A stretch of 64,000 bases of DNA from Camelus ferus (taxonomy: Eukaryota), in the NCBI RefSeq assembly GCF_009834535.1, contig NC_045697.1, positions 72,356,001 to 72,420,000 of the forward strand, in the 5' to 3' direction. The position numbers were made by a program, and so were the translations under genes. Shown piece by piece: positions 26,851 to 40,392 of the stretch (the first letter of the stretch is position 1; every line of letters starts with the position of its first letter). Below the pieces are notes generated by a model that worked only from the letters and a program-made list of their open reading frames with translations, had not been told where the DNA came from and did no database searches.

Positions 26851-28171
26851 GGACGAGTCTAAGGGTGAAGGGGGACGGTTTGCTCCCCACGTCCAGGGCC
26901 GAGCGAATCTGTGCCAACCCCCTTTTCCTTCTTTTCGGAACAGCACCTTCTTACTAAACAGACCGGAGGTTGGACTGGGAGGGCGGGGGCCGGAGGCGGG
27001 TCATGGGCTGGGGGAAGGGTAGACGAACGGCGGAAACCCTCAGAGTCAGAGAAGCATCGAGAACCGGAAGGAGACCATGGGAGGAAGCGGCAGCTGCGCG
27101 GTCGAGCCCCAAGCCCCTCCCGACAGCGTCCCCCAATTTCCTCACTTGGTATTGAGGAGGCGGATCTCGCGAGAACCTCGTGGCTGGCTAATCAGAGCTG
27201 TAGCGCTGCAATGACTTAAGGGCAGTTTTGTGCACTCTTCCTGATGGGGGCCCGCCCCCAAACCCACAAATTCTCGCGAGACGCAATGGAGCACCGGCTC
27301 GAGCTGGGGCGGGCCTTCGCCGGAGAAGCACCGCCCCCGAACGCTTATGCTGGTGGGAGGGAGAGGAAATGGAATTCCCGGACTGGTGAGAGCGCGCGCC
27401 GACGCATCCTTCTCTCACGCGTCCAATCAGGAATGTGTGGTGGGAGGGCCACGGGTTAATTACTAGATACCTTTAGTCCAGGTTGACCCGGGAGTTTGAA
27501 GTTTTCGGTGGAGCAGGTGAATGATATTGACTCGTCTGCGGGTCTGGGCTGGTTAATCAGTGGGAGGAGGTGCCCCTCTAAATGGGAACGGTCATTTTAA
27601 ATAGTACCGGGCGGACCGCTGATCAGCGCTCCCACGTGCGGAAATCTAGTGCTATTCTGACCCTAGGGGCTTAGAGGGTCTACCCTGGGAAGAGCGCCAC
27701 CACTGACCAGGCCCCAGAATTAGAGCCGACTAGAAACCGAGCTCAACTGTGAATTGATTAGGGTGGAGGAAAGGGAGATTGGGGCAGGCTGTTTACTTGC
27801 CTCTGTAGTCAACGGTCACCATCCGCCAGGGTTAGGTGTGGGAATAGGCTTTTTCTTTCTGTTGCTGTTTCAGTCCTTAGAGTCAGAAAGTTGCAAAACT
27901 TATTCAAGAAATCAGAGTTTTGGATCAGAAAAACTAATATCCAGGGGAATAAATACAAGGACAGGGTTGCCTGTTTTAATCTGCCGATGAAAAGAATGAA
28001 GAAGGTGATTTTGCTTTCTAGTATGTCCTTCAGGCAAAGGGTAGTAAGACATTAAAAGGTAAGCACTGATTTGCTTGAAGTTTCCTAACATTCCTTAGTG
28101 ACCTCACTTAAGGGAGTGATATCTTTAAGAATTACTTGGAAATATAAATTTGTTTTTAAATGTGCTTAACA

Positions 28172-28298
28172 TTTTTTTTAGGGGAAGAGGTAACTAGGCT
28201 TATTTACTTACTTATTTTTTAAATAGAGGCACTGGGTATTGAACCCAGGAACTTGTGCATCCTTGGCACAGACTCTACCATTGAGCTATCTCCTCCCT
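28172..28298 (-). mobile_element. tRNA-derived SINE (Vic-1-like)
   Basis: Reverse complement has an A box (TAGCTCAATGG), a B box (GGTTCAATACC) and an A-rich tail. Confidence 0.85.
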
Positions 28299-28442
28299 CT
28301 AAACATACTTTGCTTTTTAAAAAGGGAAGCAGGAAGCTATTTCCTGCTGCAAGAAAGTATTTTCTAATAAAAACTTCTTAGTATGTGATAAATATGGTTC
28401 GTTCGAGTGACCATAATAGCGTCACTAGAGCAATTAGTGAAA

Positions 28443-29130
28443 CAGTGCCTCTCAAGCTAGTATCTTAAAATTACCTAGGGATTTGTTCAAAACGCTGAAT
28501 TTGATTTAGTAGGCCAGGGGTGGAGCCTGAGAGTCTGTAACTCTAAAAAGGTCCCAGGTGATACAGATTACTCGGAAGACCACCCTGTGAGTAGCAAAGC
28601 ACCAAAGTGCTCACTTCGTGGCCTACTGGACCCCTCTGCCCCCTCACTCCTCCCTGAATAAGCTTTCCTTTGTTTTCTTTTTTAACCAGTCTAATATAGT
28701 AGAAACGTAGGATTAGGCAGTTGGAGTAGAGAAAGAAATCCAGGTTTGAGTTCTTGCTCCATTGGCTCCCATTTGTGTGAATTAATGTGGTTAGTTTCTT
28801 CAACACTAACGTAGGCATAATAATAGCTGTCCTTTTTCACAGGGTTATGTGGTTCAAATGTCACAATGTATGTGAAAGGCCACTGTAGACTACAATGCTG
28901 TATAAATATGTTATTAAAGGAACTAGTCAAACATTAACTGGCCATGGTGTGAAACAAAGCTGTAAGACTAATAATATTTATGAAACATTTATCATGTACT
29001 AGGTACAGTGCCTATTAACGTCCTTTTACAAATAAAGAAACTGATGCACAGAGGTACTAAGTTACTCTCCCAAGGTCACAGAAATAATAAATAGCAGAAG
29101 TAGAATTTGAACACATGCAGTTAATGTCAG
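28443..29130. mobile_element. MER5-like hAT fragment followed by MIR fragments
   Basis: gatttagtaggccaggggtggagcc (MER5-like); aaactgatgcacagagg...cccaaggtcacag (MIR). Confidence 0.6.
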
Positions 29131-29489
29131 AGTATTTATTGAATGAAGTATTTATTGTCTTTTAGTTTAGAAAATAGGAAAGTAGGATGTTTTATATTTC
29201 TACTTTGAATGCTATCTGAATCTAATTTTATTTGACTTATTTCTCGCTCTATTTGTTTTCCTCTTTCAGGAGCCAAGGTACAAGAATGGTACAAAACAGT
29301 TCAAAGGGAACTTACAATATCCAGAAGGTCCACAGAGAAAAATCCCAGAGAAGCTAATTTGTACTACCCTAATATAAACAAGCTTCAGCATGAAAGTATA
29401 ATGGACCATGTTAATGCTTTGAATTAATGAGCACAGCAGACTGGGACAAATTTGAGGTCAGAGTTCTTTATTTTTTTGTACCACAAACC

Positions 29490-29920
29490 GTGTTAGCAGT
29501 CTGATTAAACCATGGACTCTTCTCAGGATAGTGTTTTAAACGTATACAATAAAATGCATAGCATTGCAAAGGAAAAAACTTTGAAATAGAGTCTCAAAAT
29601 ACTAAAAACAAAATTTTAATATAGGAATATATGTGCTTTATTAACACAGTAAAATCTAGTGGTGGGTCTAATAAAGACGAAATTTTTGAAATAATGATGA
29701 ATGTAAAATTTCCAGAGTTTGCAACAGTTGTAATGTGATATAGAGATCTGTGATTCCTATTGGAGATACAGACATAGGTGTAGCTCTTTGTGGCTTTACA
29801 TTCATAATTGAAGGAAATGCTAATTTTCCGTTAGAGATCAGTAAAAATAAAGATGTAATTTTTTTTTCCCATTAAAGTTCACACACACCCTGAATTCTAT
29901 CCATGGACTTAATGTTAAAA
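29490..29920. mobile_element. hAT-Charlie-like DNA transposon remnant
   Basis: Recognised phrases (ccatggactcttctcag; ccctgaattctatccatggac); subfamily uncertain. Confidence 0.55.
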
Positions 29921-31544
29921 AATCTTGGGTGGAATCAGGTAGACCTATTCCTGTTGGTAAGCTCTGAAGGGATTGTGAAATTTTAACACAGAAACATAAT
30001 TGATACTCATAATAACAGTGATTTATTAAGAAGACGTTTACCACCAGTATACTCTTGTAAAGAAGGCATGGAAATGTGTAATAGATTTAAGAAATAAATT
30101 TACCCCATTTGTTGATTTCTTGGATTTTTTTTTTTTTTTTTTTGGATACCTATAAAGGTAGTACCCTATGGAAAATTTACCTATCCAGAATGATTCATTT
30201 CGCAAGCATTCTGGATAACTTAGGTTTTACTGTATCACTCTTATTACATGTCTTTACAAATAAGATGTAGAAGAATTGCAGTGAAAATAATAACTAAAGA
30301 TGAAAGAAATAAAAATACTGTATATTTAAAATTCTTGATAACAAGTGTTAATAATTATTATTTGAAGTACTATGTGCTGGGCCCTTTAATTCTTTGTATC
30401 ATCAGATCCCCATTATACAGATGAAACATTCAAGGTCATACAGTTACTAAGTAGTACAGCCAGGATTTTACCCTAGGCAGTCTGACCTCAACGATCTCAT
30501 TCTTTTTAAATTGAAATGTAGTTGAAAAGCTCTCACTCTTAACTACTAAGGTGTTTTCACTTGTAACTACTAAGGTGTTTGATTATTTTTTTACCCTTTG
30601 ACTATTAGCCAACATTAATTTGCCCACTAGTGTAACAAATAAATATTCGCTGCCTCAAAATATTTCCACCCACTGTCTGAAAGGAATTTTCTAAATTCTT
30701 CCTTTGCTGTGGTATTGTTTATATCCAATGCCACCTTTAAAATAAGTGGGCTACCAGTTGGGGCTGGAAAATGGTTTCTTTTACAGAAATTGTTGTTGTA
30801 ATAGAGTTTTGCTTAGAAGATGAAGAAATCCACTCATACCTTTCTCTACCCTACAAACATACTTTCATAAATGAAATTAAATGTTTGTTTTGTAATGGTG
30901 CTGCTATATTTTTATATTTACCATTATCAGGATTATGGAGGAAATGACTGTGTTTAAATAAATCCTGATACATGAAGTTCTAGATTATTCATGTTTAATG
31001 AAGGGAAGTGATTATGTAATTCCAAATTCCTTTTTTTGGCACTGAAGTGAATTTATTGGTTGATTACGCTTTCTGCTTTGTTTGTATTTACACTAGCAAA
31101 CTTACATTTCTACTCAGTTTTGCTAAGGTTAAAATTAAAAGGACCATGGTCTAGAAGTATTTTGATGTTTTAGGAGGCAGTTTAGGGTTAGCTCAAACTT
31201 TAAAACGCTATTCACGTATCTAGTATTATAAGGAATGCATTTTAGTTGCAAATAAAGTTAAAGCTGACTTTCATTCATTTTACCTATTTGAATTATATGA
31301 TAGAAATGTCTCCATCTGAAAAAAGAAAGGAAAATAATCTTTTTTTATATTGCAGTGTGCAATGTGCTAAAAAAATTATGGTTTTATATACTGCAGCAAC
31401 ATTTTACATTCAGAAATTAATAAAGGTACAAATTAGGAAATGGTACTTTATTTCATGCTAAGAGCATCATTTTGACCTTAAATTAAGATGGGTTTTGGCA
31501 CATAATGAATCTTGCAAAAATGTTGAAGCTAAAAATAAATTTGA

Positions 31545-32005
31545 GCATTTTCCACAGAAAAATTGTATGCATGAATGTTCAGAGTAGTAGTATTCATAAT
31601 AGTCAAAAGTGGAAACAACCCAAATGTCCATCAGGTGATAATGGATAAATAAAATGTGGTGTATCCATATGATGGAATAGTACTAGTTAATAAGCAAAAC
31701 CAAAATACTGATCCTGCTACAACATGTATCTAGATGAAAAAAGCCAGGCACTTAAAGGCCATGTATAATTCCATTCATATGAAATGACTAGTAGATTACT
31801 TGGTTGTCAGAAATTAGGAGGAGGGGGAAGGGGAATGACTGCTAATGAGTATGGGTTTTTTTGGGGGGGAGGGTGATAAAACGTTCTAAAGTGAGATAAT
31901 GGTGATGGTTACACAACTCTGTGAATATACTAAAACCCACTGAACTATACACTTTAAAAGAGTGAATTTTATGGTATGTGCATTACCTTAATGTAGTTTT
32001 TTTAA
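31545..32005 (+). mobile_element. Old L1 (L1MB/MC-like) 3' end
   Basis: ggaaacaacccaaatgtccatc...gtgaatatactaaaacccactgaac. Confidence 0.85.
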
Positions 32006-34229
32006 AATAATGAATTAGAACCAAAATGTGAAATCAGCCTGAAAGCTTATTACCAAATATTTTCAATATCTCATAGTACTTTTCAGGTCTCTGATGATAA
32101 ATGAGATATGGCATCCTCATGAGATACAGCATCTTTGTAAAATGTAAAATATTTACAGCCAGCAGGAGATTTTTCCTTCAGTACAAACAATGTAATTTAG
32201 ATTCAGTTTTAATATAATAACAAGCATTTGCTGTCAATTAGTCTTAAATTTGGAGGCATTTTCATCAATATTACTTGCTTTATGAAACATAGTGATTAAA
32301 ATTAATTTTAAATAGCATTGTATTTTATTGAAAATTAAAGTTCATAATTATGACCAGAAATAGAATACATCTGATTTTGATATACTGTAAATATAGAAAA
32401 ATTTCTTTACAATTTCAAATAAAATCAGGTAGTTTGAAAATTGGGGGTAGATTAGCTAGATAAAGAATTTGACAAAACTAAAACAACTCAGTAATGAGTT
32501 TGATGTTCTTTATTCAAGGGAAAACAATCTATGGATGTTTCTACAGTGTCTCATAAGCACTGCAACACTCTTTCCCTTCCTGAGGGATTTTGGTCAAGAG
32601 TGAGTTTTATACAGTGTTAGAAGCTGTATTGCCTTAACGGCATGACTGCCCAGGAGGTTGGGGATTTCCTTATAAGGCCAGCAAGTCCTGTTTTCTAGGG
32701 TCAGGTGAGCTAGCTAAGCTGAACTGCAGGATCGTGATTGCTATATGTTAGGTTTCTTTGACAAGTGTTTCATATAAGTGCAGGCTGACTTAGATTTAGG
32801 TTTGTGGCTTGGGCTGGGCCACTGGAGTGGCTTCCAATTTTTGGGTTCTGATATACAAATTAACTTTAAAAGTACTTAAGTAAAAATAAGGAATTCAAAT
32901 TAAAATTACTTCCCAACAATAATTATAATCTTTGTTTCAATAATATTCTAAAAAATCTAAAGTAAACAGAGATTGAGACCAGAAATGACCGTTGTTGTAC
33001 CCATATTGAATTTGATTGTTTTAAATATATGTGAGAATTCTGTAGTAAGATAGTGCTGATAAATTTTAAATTCTGCTTTTAAAGAATTTAAATTAGGATT
33101 AATTATCCAAATGTTGAACATAGTGGTTTTAAAGGGTCAGATCTATATAGTGTCTGAGTGGCTTAATGGAAACATTTATGTGAGGCTTTTAGTTTTTAAT
33201 ACATACTATCTAGTACTTGTTGATTTTTTCATTGCAAGGAAGCAGTGATTTAACATATGGCACAATAAGAAACAATGAAACTTACTAAGAAACACTCCCC
33301 TACATCTAAAAAAATCTTGAAGAATTTGGCTTGTTTGGTGTCGAAGAAGTGTTCAACTGTTGCAGAGATCCCATCATTAAAGCATAGTAAATCTCAAAGT
33401 TAATGACTAAGTGATGTGAATGGACTTTATCATATATACCTAATAAGAACAATATGATACAGATTCCCCATCTTACCAAAAGACCTATACAAAAAAGAAC
33501 CCTGGGTGCTACAATGCTTGAAATTCAATTCTCCAACAATTTAAACAAAAAGATTAAGATATGATTAGATATTCACAGACTTGTGTGAATTTAGCTTTTC
33601 CTTGTTTTCTTTCTTTCTATTCTGCACTGATGGAGAGAAGAGGATGATTACTCTGGACCACTTTAAGGGTAGGGCTAAATGCCTGCCCCTGGCTTGGATA
33701 GGGCTATAATTCGGGACAACAAGCAAGGTAAGGACATTGGAGACTAGGTGCAGAAAGAAGTCGGAAGGAAAATGTCAAAGGTAAACTGTCCTTGGGCGAA
33801 GTGGAACTGAAGAAGAAACCTTTTTTTTTCTTCTTCTTTATTCAAGCACTACAAGGTCTCCTACCTTAGAGAACAGAATTCAGGCTACCACCATTATGCT
33901 GGTTCAGTTTTCATAACTTAATTGCCTGTTTTGTACTTGCTAGCTTAAAATCTAGTTACTGTTAATACTTCATATATAATGCATTCTGCCTTCCAAAAAA
34001 CTTCCTTGTTTACAAACAGTTTTTTAAAATGTGGGTTTATAATATGTGACTGCTTTTGATGTAAGTTAGGGTAAGACCAAGAGACTTACCCAGTGTGACA
34101 GTCAATGATACTTAGGTCTGACTTGGCTAAGTATGGTCTTCAGGTTTAGGCTGAAGGTTAATGTAATAGAGCTCTGTTGATAGAATCACTTCCATCTTCT
34201 TTTTTTTTCTTTTTTTTTTTTTTTTTTTT

Positions 34230-34930
34230 TTTTAATATTGGATGTCTATTATGTGCTAGGCACTGAGCTAGATGCTGAAGATACATAGATGAAAGCCAGA
34301 TGCTACCTTTAGGAAAATTTTTTTACCTACGGAGACCACTGAGGATCAGACAATCACCGTAGAGTGTGTTCAATGACATAAATGCATGCACAGGGTAATA
34401 TTAATGTACTCAAGTCATCTAGAGGTGGTTAGAGAGTTTCTCTACAGAAGGGAGTTATGTCTAAGCAAATGAAAAAGGAGGCATACCAGGAAAAAGAAAA
34501 GGTAGGAATGCTCCTAGGCAGAGGGAACAATATGCAATCTCAGAGAACTTGAACTTACTTTGCAAAGTAAGTTTTTAAGGTTCTTTGGAAAGTACTTTGA
34601 CTGCAGTAGTGTGTGTGTGTGTGTGTGTGTGTGCAGGGGTGGTGGGGAATGAATGAGAGAAGATATTAAGAGACAAAACATTGAAAGAAAAAGCTGGATA
34701 TCTTGAGGGCCTTAACATGCCATGTTAAGTTCAGATTTTATTCTGAAGGGTATGAGATAAGGGAATTGAATTTAGCATAAAAAGTCTCGATCAGATTTTA
34801 ATCACAAAAAGATAACTATGATAGCAATGTGGACGATGTAATGAAAGTATGTGTTAGGATGGAGATTAGAGGTAAAGAGACCACTTGGGATGCTACTGAA
34901 ATAATCTGAATGAGTTGTGATTGTAAGGAA
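34230..34930 (-). mobile_element. Degraded L2 fragment containing a (TG)n repeat at 34609-34632
   Basis: tattatgtgctaggcactgagctagatgctg L2-end motif. Confidence 0.55.
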
Positions 34931-36696
34931 GACCTAAAATAGTCGCAGTAATTGCACCCATAGTACAGGAGGTAAATTTTGTGTATTTACTGGGTCGAAC
35001 TGACCTTAAGATAAAAAATTTTTGAGGCGCCCCTCTAGTTATTTCTTATTAGAATATAACAATAAAATCATATGTATATATACACACACATATACATGTA
35101 AAACATGACTGAATTATGGTAACATTGTAACAAAAATAAACATAATACTTGGTATGAACTCCTTATGCTCTTAACTCTGAAAGAACTATGAAACTAAAGT
35201 TCATGTATTAAATGTGGAAAAATGTAAACTAGTAAAATTAGTATCCATATGCTACTTGATTTTTATTTGTTTACAAATTCAGTTGCCTCTTGAAACAATT
35301 GTAGAGCTGACTGCTACAGTTTTAGTTTCTTTTAAATTTGGCATGTCTATACTAACTGCTGTATTCCCTATAGAACGACCAGTTTTCTCTGCTAGAACCT
35401 TTAGGAGACCTTTGTTCTTTCTTTCACTGCAAATTGTTATCTATTCTGTGCTCATTTGCCTAAGACAAAGTACTATTACATGGTTCCGACAGGATCATAA
35501 CCTAAATGCAACGCAGGCTCAGGAATCATGTGTCAATGCTTAGCTGTAAGTGGGAACCAAGGTGAGCTAGACTATATTTATATTAATTATTATAGATTAA
35601 TGAAATAAATCACAACATGAGGAAAAATATCTGATAAAGAATCAAAGATTCTAGTTTGAAATACACTGATACAGAGGTTATAAAAGCCCGTTTGTAACAT
35701 ACCTACAGTTGAATTTGTTGAGTCTGACCTTGTGACTCTCTAGAGTCAAGAAATGCTAGGCAGGTAGGACCGATAAACTAATAAACTAGATTCTAAAGTG
35801 AAGGTAAAGGAAGAAAGAAAGGGCTTAGATGCATTTTAAAGTTCATTCCTGTTGTGGAATTCAGACCATAATTTCTTACAGACAAGTAGTTAATGTCTCC
35901 AGGTCAGTCCACAAAGGACTGTTCTCTAAATCCAGCCTTTATATGTGCTATGTTCTTATGAGAAAATGCTCCATAGAGTTTCGGATTGGTATCGCAAGAA
36001 TGATCTATCCTCTGCCCATCAGAATGAAGCCTCCTACCTTTCTGTTTAGTTAGCAGAAATTCTCCTTGCTTCAAGCAGCAGGAGTTAGTTACTTCCAGTG
36101 GCTTAGGACAGATACTCAAACAGAACAGGAAGAATTGGACTGAGGGTAAAAATCATATTTAGTGGTTGGATGAAATTTTCAGGAAGTTGGAGATATGTGG
36201 CCAAGGAACCTGTACATTTAACCTCGGGTGTCACTTATGGTTGAGTTGGCTCTGGGATCCCCTTTTCTTTTTCACCACCAGATTGATTCACTCACATTCC
36301 TCTCCACCGCCAGTATCAATTGCTTTCTTACAGGAACCTCAAACTTTCTTCCTATCTATCCTGTTCCCTATTGAAAGTATAATCTCACAGGGTTTTTTTC
36401 TTTCCTATATTTTTGTCCCTAAAGTAAATATGTATCCTGTTAAGCTTTCATAAGGGTTTTTATTTCTAATAATAAGACTTTAGTATTTACAGATGATTAT
36501 AAGCAAGTTGCTGACGGCATGAAGGTCAGCAAGAGAGTGGCTAAAGTGAGAAGAAGGTAACGAACTCTCACTTGATCCTGGTTTCCTTTCTACCACCACC
36601 CCAAACCCCTACTCAGCAAACTAGACCCAAGAGAAAAAGTCACAAGATTCAACTCTATTTAACGGAAAATGAGAAATGATTATTGTAATAATTTCT

Positions 36697-37190
36697 TTGA
36701 TGTAACAAATCAGTACAAACTTAGTGGTTTAAAACAACACAGTTACCTTACACATTTGGAGGTCAGAATTCTGAAATGTATCTCACTGGTCTAAAATCAA
36801 GGTATAAGCCAGGTTCACTCCTTTCTGGAAGTTCTAGGGCAGAATCTGTTTTCTTGCCCTTTCCAGCTTCCAGAGGCCACCAGCATTCCTTGGCTTATGA
36901 CCCTCTTCCATCTTCAAAGCCAGCAATGGCTGGTTGAGTCTTTGTCACATCATAGCACTCTGTCACACTTATCTGCCTCCTCTCACTTATGTAACGACCT
37001 TTGTGATTATATTGGGCCCACAGGGATAATCTGCCCACCTGAAGGCCAAATGATTAGCAACCTGAACTCCATCTACAAATTTAATTCCTCCTTGCTGTGT
37101 AACATAACATATTCACAGGTTCCATGGACTAGGTGTGGACATCTTTGGTGGCAGCAGGGAGAAGGGGAGGACATTATTCTGGGGACTACA
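36697..37190. mobile_element. MaLR solo LTR (MLT1-like)
   Basis: tgtaacaaat...cttagtggtttaaaacaac; ggcagaatctgttttcttgcccttccagcttccagagg. Confidence 0.85.
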
Positions 37191-38832
37191 GCTATTTATA
37201 ATTCATTGGGTACTCTTGAATTGGGGAGTAACTTCTTCCCTTTCCTCCATTGATTCCCACTTTATTCATCTGAAAAAATATTTGACCACATACTCAAAAT
37301 ATCCAGTGTCAAATGGTATAGAAAGTTCAAATATACTAGGGATTAGAAATTTGTGAACTAAATTTTGTCACTGAGTCATCTGTCACTGAGTGAAGTGGTG
37401 TTGACACAGTTAAAGTAGGTTGGGGAGTGAATCGAAAGAGAAAAAAATGGAGAGCTTGGCTATGATTTAAAAAACTGGAAGATAGAGTATTAGCTTAGAG
37501 AACTTAGGATCAAAGGAGGATTTTTTTTAGAATGAGAGATTTGAGGATGTTTATGGTCAAGCAAGAGTCATGAGGGTGATGAGATACACAGGAGAGGGAT
37601 TAATGGGTGGAACCAGTTCCTTCACAAGATGTGGCTGTTGGTCAGAAAGTATTTGATTCTGTACAAGGTTGGTAAACCTATAGGGGACTAGAGGGAAGAA
37701 AATTAGAATGGGTAAAAAATGAAGATAAATTTTAGGTGGGAGGAGGCAGGAGGTTGACCATTAATATTCAATGTTCTCAACCTGGTAAAATAGGAAGGAG
37801 GGCAGTGCGATGACAATGAGTTGGGCATGTGAAAAGGAGGTAACAGTGGAATCACTAAAGATGGAAACTGAAGAACTAATGAAAGAAAAGAAAAAAAAGC
37901 CTTACTAAGGGCCTAAGATAGATCGTGAATTTGTAGGGGCAATTTTCCATATGGTTGTATAATTGTTTTCCCTCAGCTTTTAGAACTCTCACGTGTGTGT
38001 TTAATACCCACTGGATTTGTTAATAGAGGCTTGCATTCCTAATCGATGTGTGACTATGTGCATAAAAAATCAGTGCTTTTAAACAATGGTATATAGTTCA
38101 GTATATTATATTGGTACTTTTTGTGTGTGTGAAATGAACAGCTCTTCTCAGAAATGAAGTTCACGTCTCAAGAAACTGAAATGACAGAACAGAAATTTAT
38201 ATGCCAAATGAGAAAGAGAGGGAGTGTAGAAAGAAATGAGAGGCATTTTACATTTAATCCAGATTCACTAGGAGATATTTATTGAACACCTACTATGCAT
38301 CAAGCTCTGACTTAGCTTGTGGATAAAATTTACATGATTTTCATACTTTTTTCCCCAGGAGTCCTTAAGTCTGTAAAACTAAGAAGCTGCTTGGGTTGGA
38401 AGCTGAAGCCTTGCCCACTCAGATTCTTTATTGCTCTCCTCTCCTTCGATCTCCAATCCCCACTTCTACTCAGGATACCTCAGATGGTTCTTTGGGTATC
38501 TCCAGTGTTTATTAAACACAGTTTGAAAAACCAAAGGTCTAAAGAATATTAATACTGAAGCCTCATTATAAGAATAATAGTCACATGTAAAACAAATAAT
38601 GTGAAATATATTAGGGATAAATGAAGATAGGCACTCAGAGAATCTGGCCTCACGACAGACATGTGATAGAGACAACAGAATTTCAACTGGCCAACATCTC
38701 AGTACAAGCCAGCAATGTGCTTACAGCTGCCCAAAGAACCTATACAGTTGTACCCTGAAAGATGGGAATGAGTTGTCCAGAGCAAGGCAGTTGCCACTTC
38801 CTCATCTCTACTGGTCATACCACAATAGATTT

Positions 38833-39710
38833 ATGTTTTTTCAACAGCTTTCTTGAAATATAATTGACATACAGTAAATTGTGCATAAAATTCACAATTT
38901 GATGAGCTGACATATGTATACACCCGTGAAACTGTCACCAAAATCAAGATAATGAACGAATCCATCTCCACAAGTGTCTTTGTGCTCCTTTGTATACTCT
39001 TCCTCTTGTTCTTCCTATCCCCGTCTCCCCTTATCCACAGGAAACCACTCATCTGTTTTCTGCCACTATAGATTAGTTTGTATTTTCTAGAATTTTGTTT
39101 AAATAGAATCATATAGTATGTCCTATTTTCTTGTCTGGCTTTTTTTCACTCAGCATTATTGTCTTGAGATTTATCTATGTTGTGTCTCTCAATAATTCAT
39201 TATTTTTGTTTAATTGCTGAGTAGTAGTTCAATTGATGGACATGCCACAATGCCTTTATCCATTCACCTGTCAGTGGACATTTGGATTGTTTCCACTTGT
39301 TGTCTATTACAAATACAGCTGCTGTGAACATTCTTGTACAAGTGTTTGTGTGGACACGTGCTTTCATTTCTCTTGAGTAAATAGCCAGAAGTGGAATGGC
39401 TGGATCATATAGCAGGCATATGTTTAGCTTTTAAGACACTGCCAAACTCTTCTCCCAGGTGGCTATACCTTTTTACATTCCTGCCAGCTGTGTATGAGTG
39501 TTCCAGTTCCTCATGACTTGTTAGGATTAGCCTTCGCAGTCTTAGCCATTCTAATAGGTATGTGTGGTATCTCGTTGTCATTTTAATTTGCATTTCCCTA
39601 GTGACTAATGATATTCAGCATCGTTTCATGTGCTGCTTCCATGTACTGCTTTGCCATCCACATACCTTCTTTGAAGAAATGTCTGTCTATATTTTTTCAC
39701 TCATTGCTTG
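38833..39710 (-). mobile_element. Old L1 ORF2-end/3' UTR
   Basis: ORF 39405-39593 (MQIKMTTRYH...) is L1 ORF2 C-terminal-like; typical 3' UTR motifs. Confidence 0.88.
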
Positions 39711-39981
39711 TTGGGTCCCTTTTGTCAGTATTTATTTACAGGCAACACAGATTAAACATGTTTAGCAGCCTTAAAGGATTTTAAAAAGTAACAAAGTCAT
39801 AACAAGATAAAATATGCATGGGGGAGTATGAAAAAGGCTTGAATGACTTTATGAGACGGTGGAATTTAAGGGCTGACTATATAAATCTGAGTATTAAGTG
39901 TGTTTTTCACTATTAGCTAGCAGAACCACCTCAACCCATATTGGTTAGTCCCTAAGTTACGTCTAAAACTGAGAGTGTACG

Positions 39982-40392
39982 CAGTAGTACACCAGAGCTG
40001 GCTTACGCTGCCTTCTGAGTACCAATTTAAAAATTTTAAGGTATTTTGCAGGCTGACTGTTAAACATAGCCATTATCAGAAATTACATAAACTGGCAGTA
40101 AAATCCAATATATGAGACTGAAAGATAAATACTCAAAACTAATTTTCTAGTCATTTTACAATATTTTTTTATTATCCATGTTTTTATGGTTATGTCTATG
40201 GTGTCTACATGGTGGAAGTATTATAATTTGATGGTATACCCCTCTTTCCAACTCTTGTGTTCAGTGATGTCTTGTGGTAGCTTGAAATGGGTCACAGTGG
40301 GAGTATTTACCCCAGAGAAATTTGCAGACATCACAATCAGAGCTTTTTTTTGGAGGTGGGTGTGAGGGAGGACCTAGTTGTTAGTACACCAG
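39982..40392. mobile_element. MER63-like hAT element
   Basis: Recognised internal phrases (ttgcaggctgactgttaaacatagccattat; gtgggagtatttac). Confidence 0.55.

Larger units (their letters stand above)
25600..27700. promoter_or_regulatory. CpG island / proximal UBE2D3 promoter
   Basis: High GC and CpG density; GC boxes; two TCTCGCGAGA palindromes (27165-27174, 27272-27281); CCAAT at 27423. Confidence 0.92.

Noticed and set aside
25719..27459. Many overlapping 60-207 aa ORFs on both strands
   Set aside because: Arg/Gly/Pro/Ala-rich frames typical of stop-poor CpG islands; no recognisable domain
30540..30581. Small direct repeats (also ~37366 and ~58469)
   Set aside because: Ordinary slippage duplications with no functional sign
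32480..32860. Possible reverse-orientation LTR
   Set aside because: Only vague poly(A)- and TATA-like motifs; cannot assign without a repeat search
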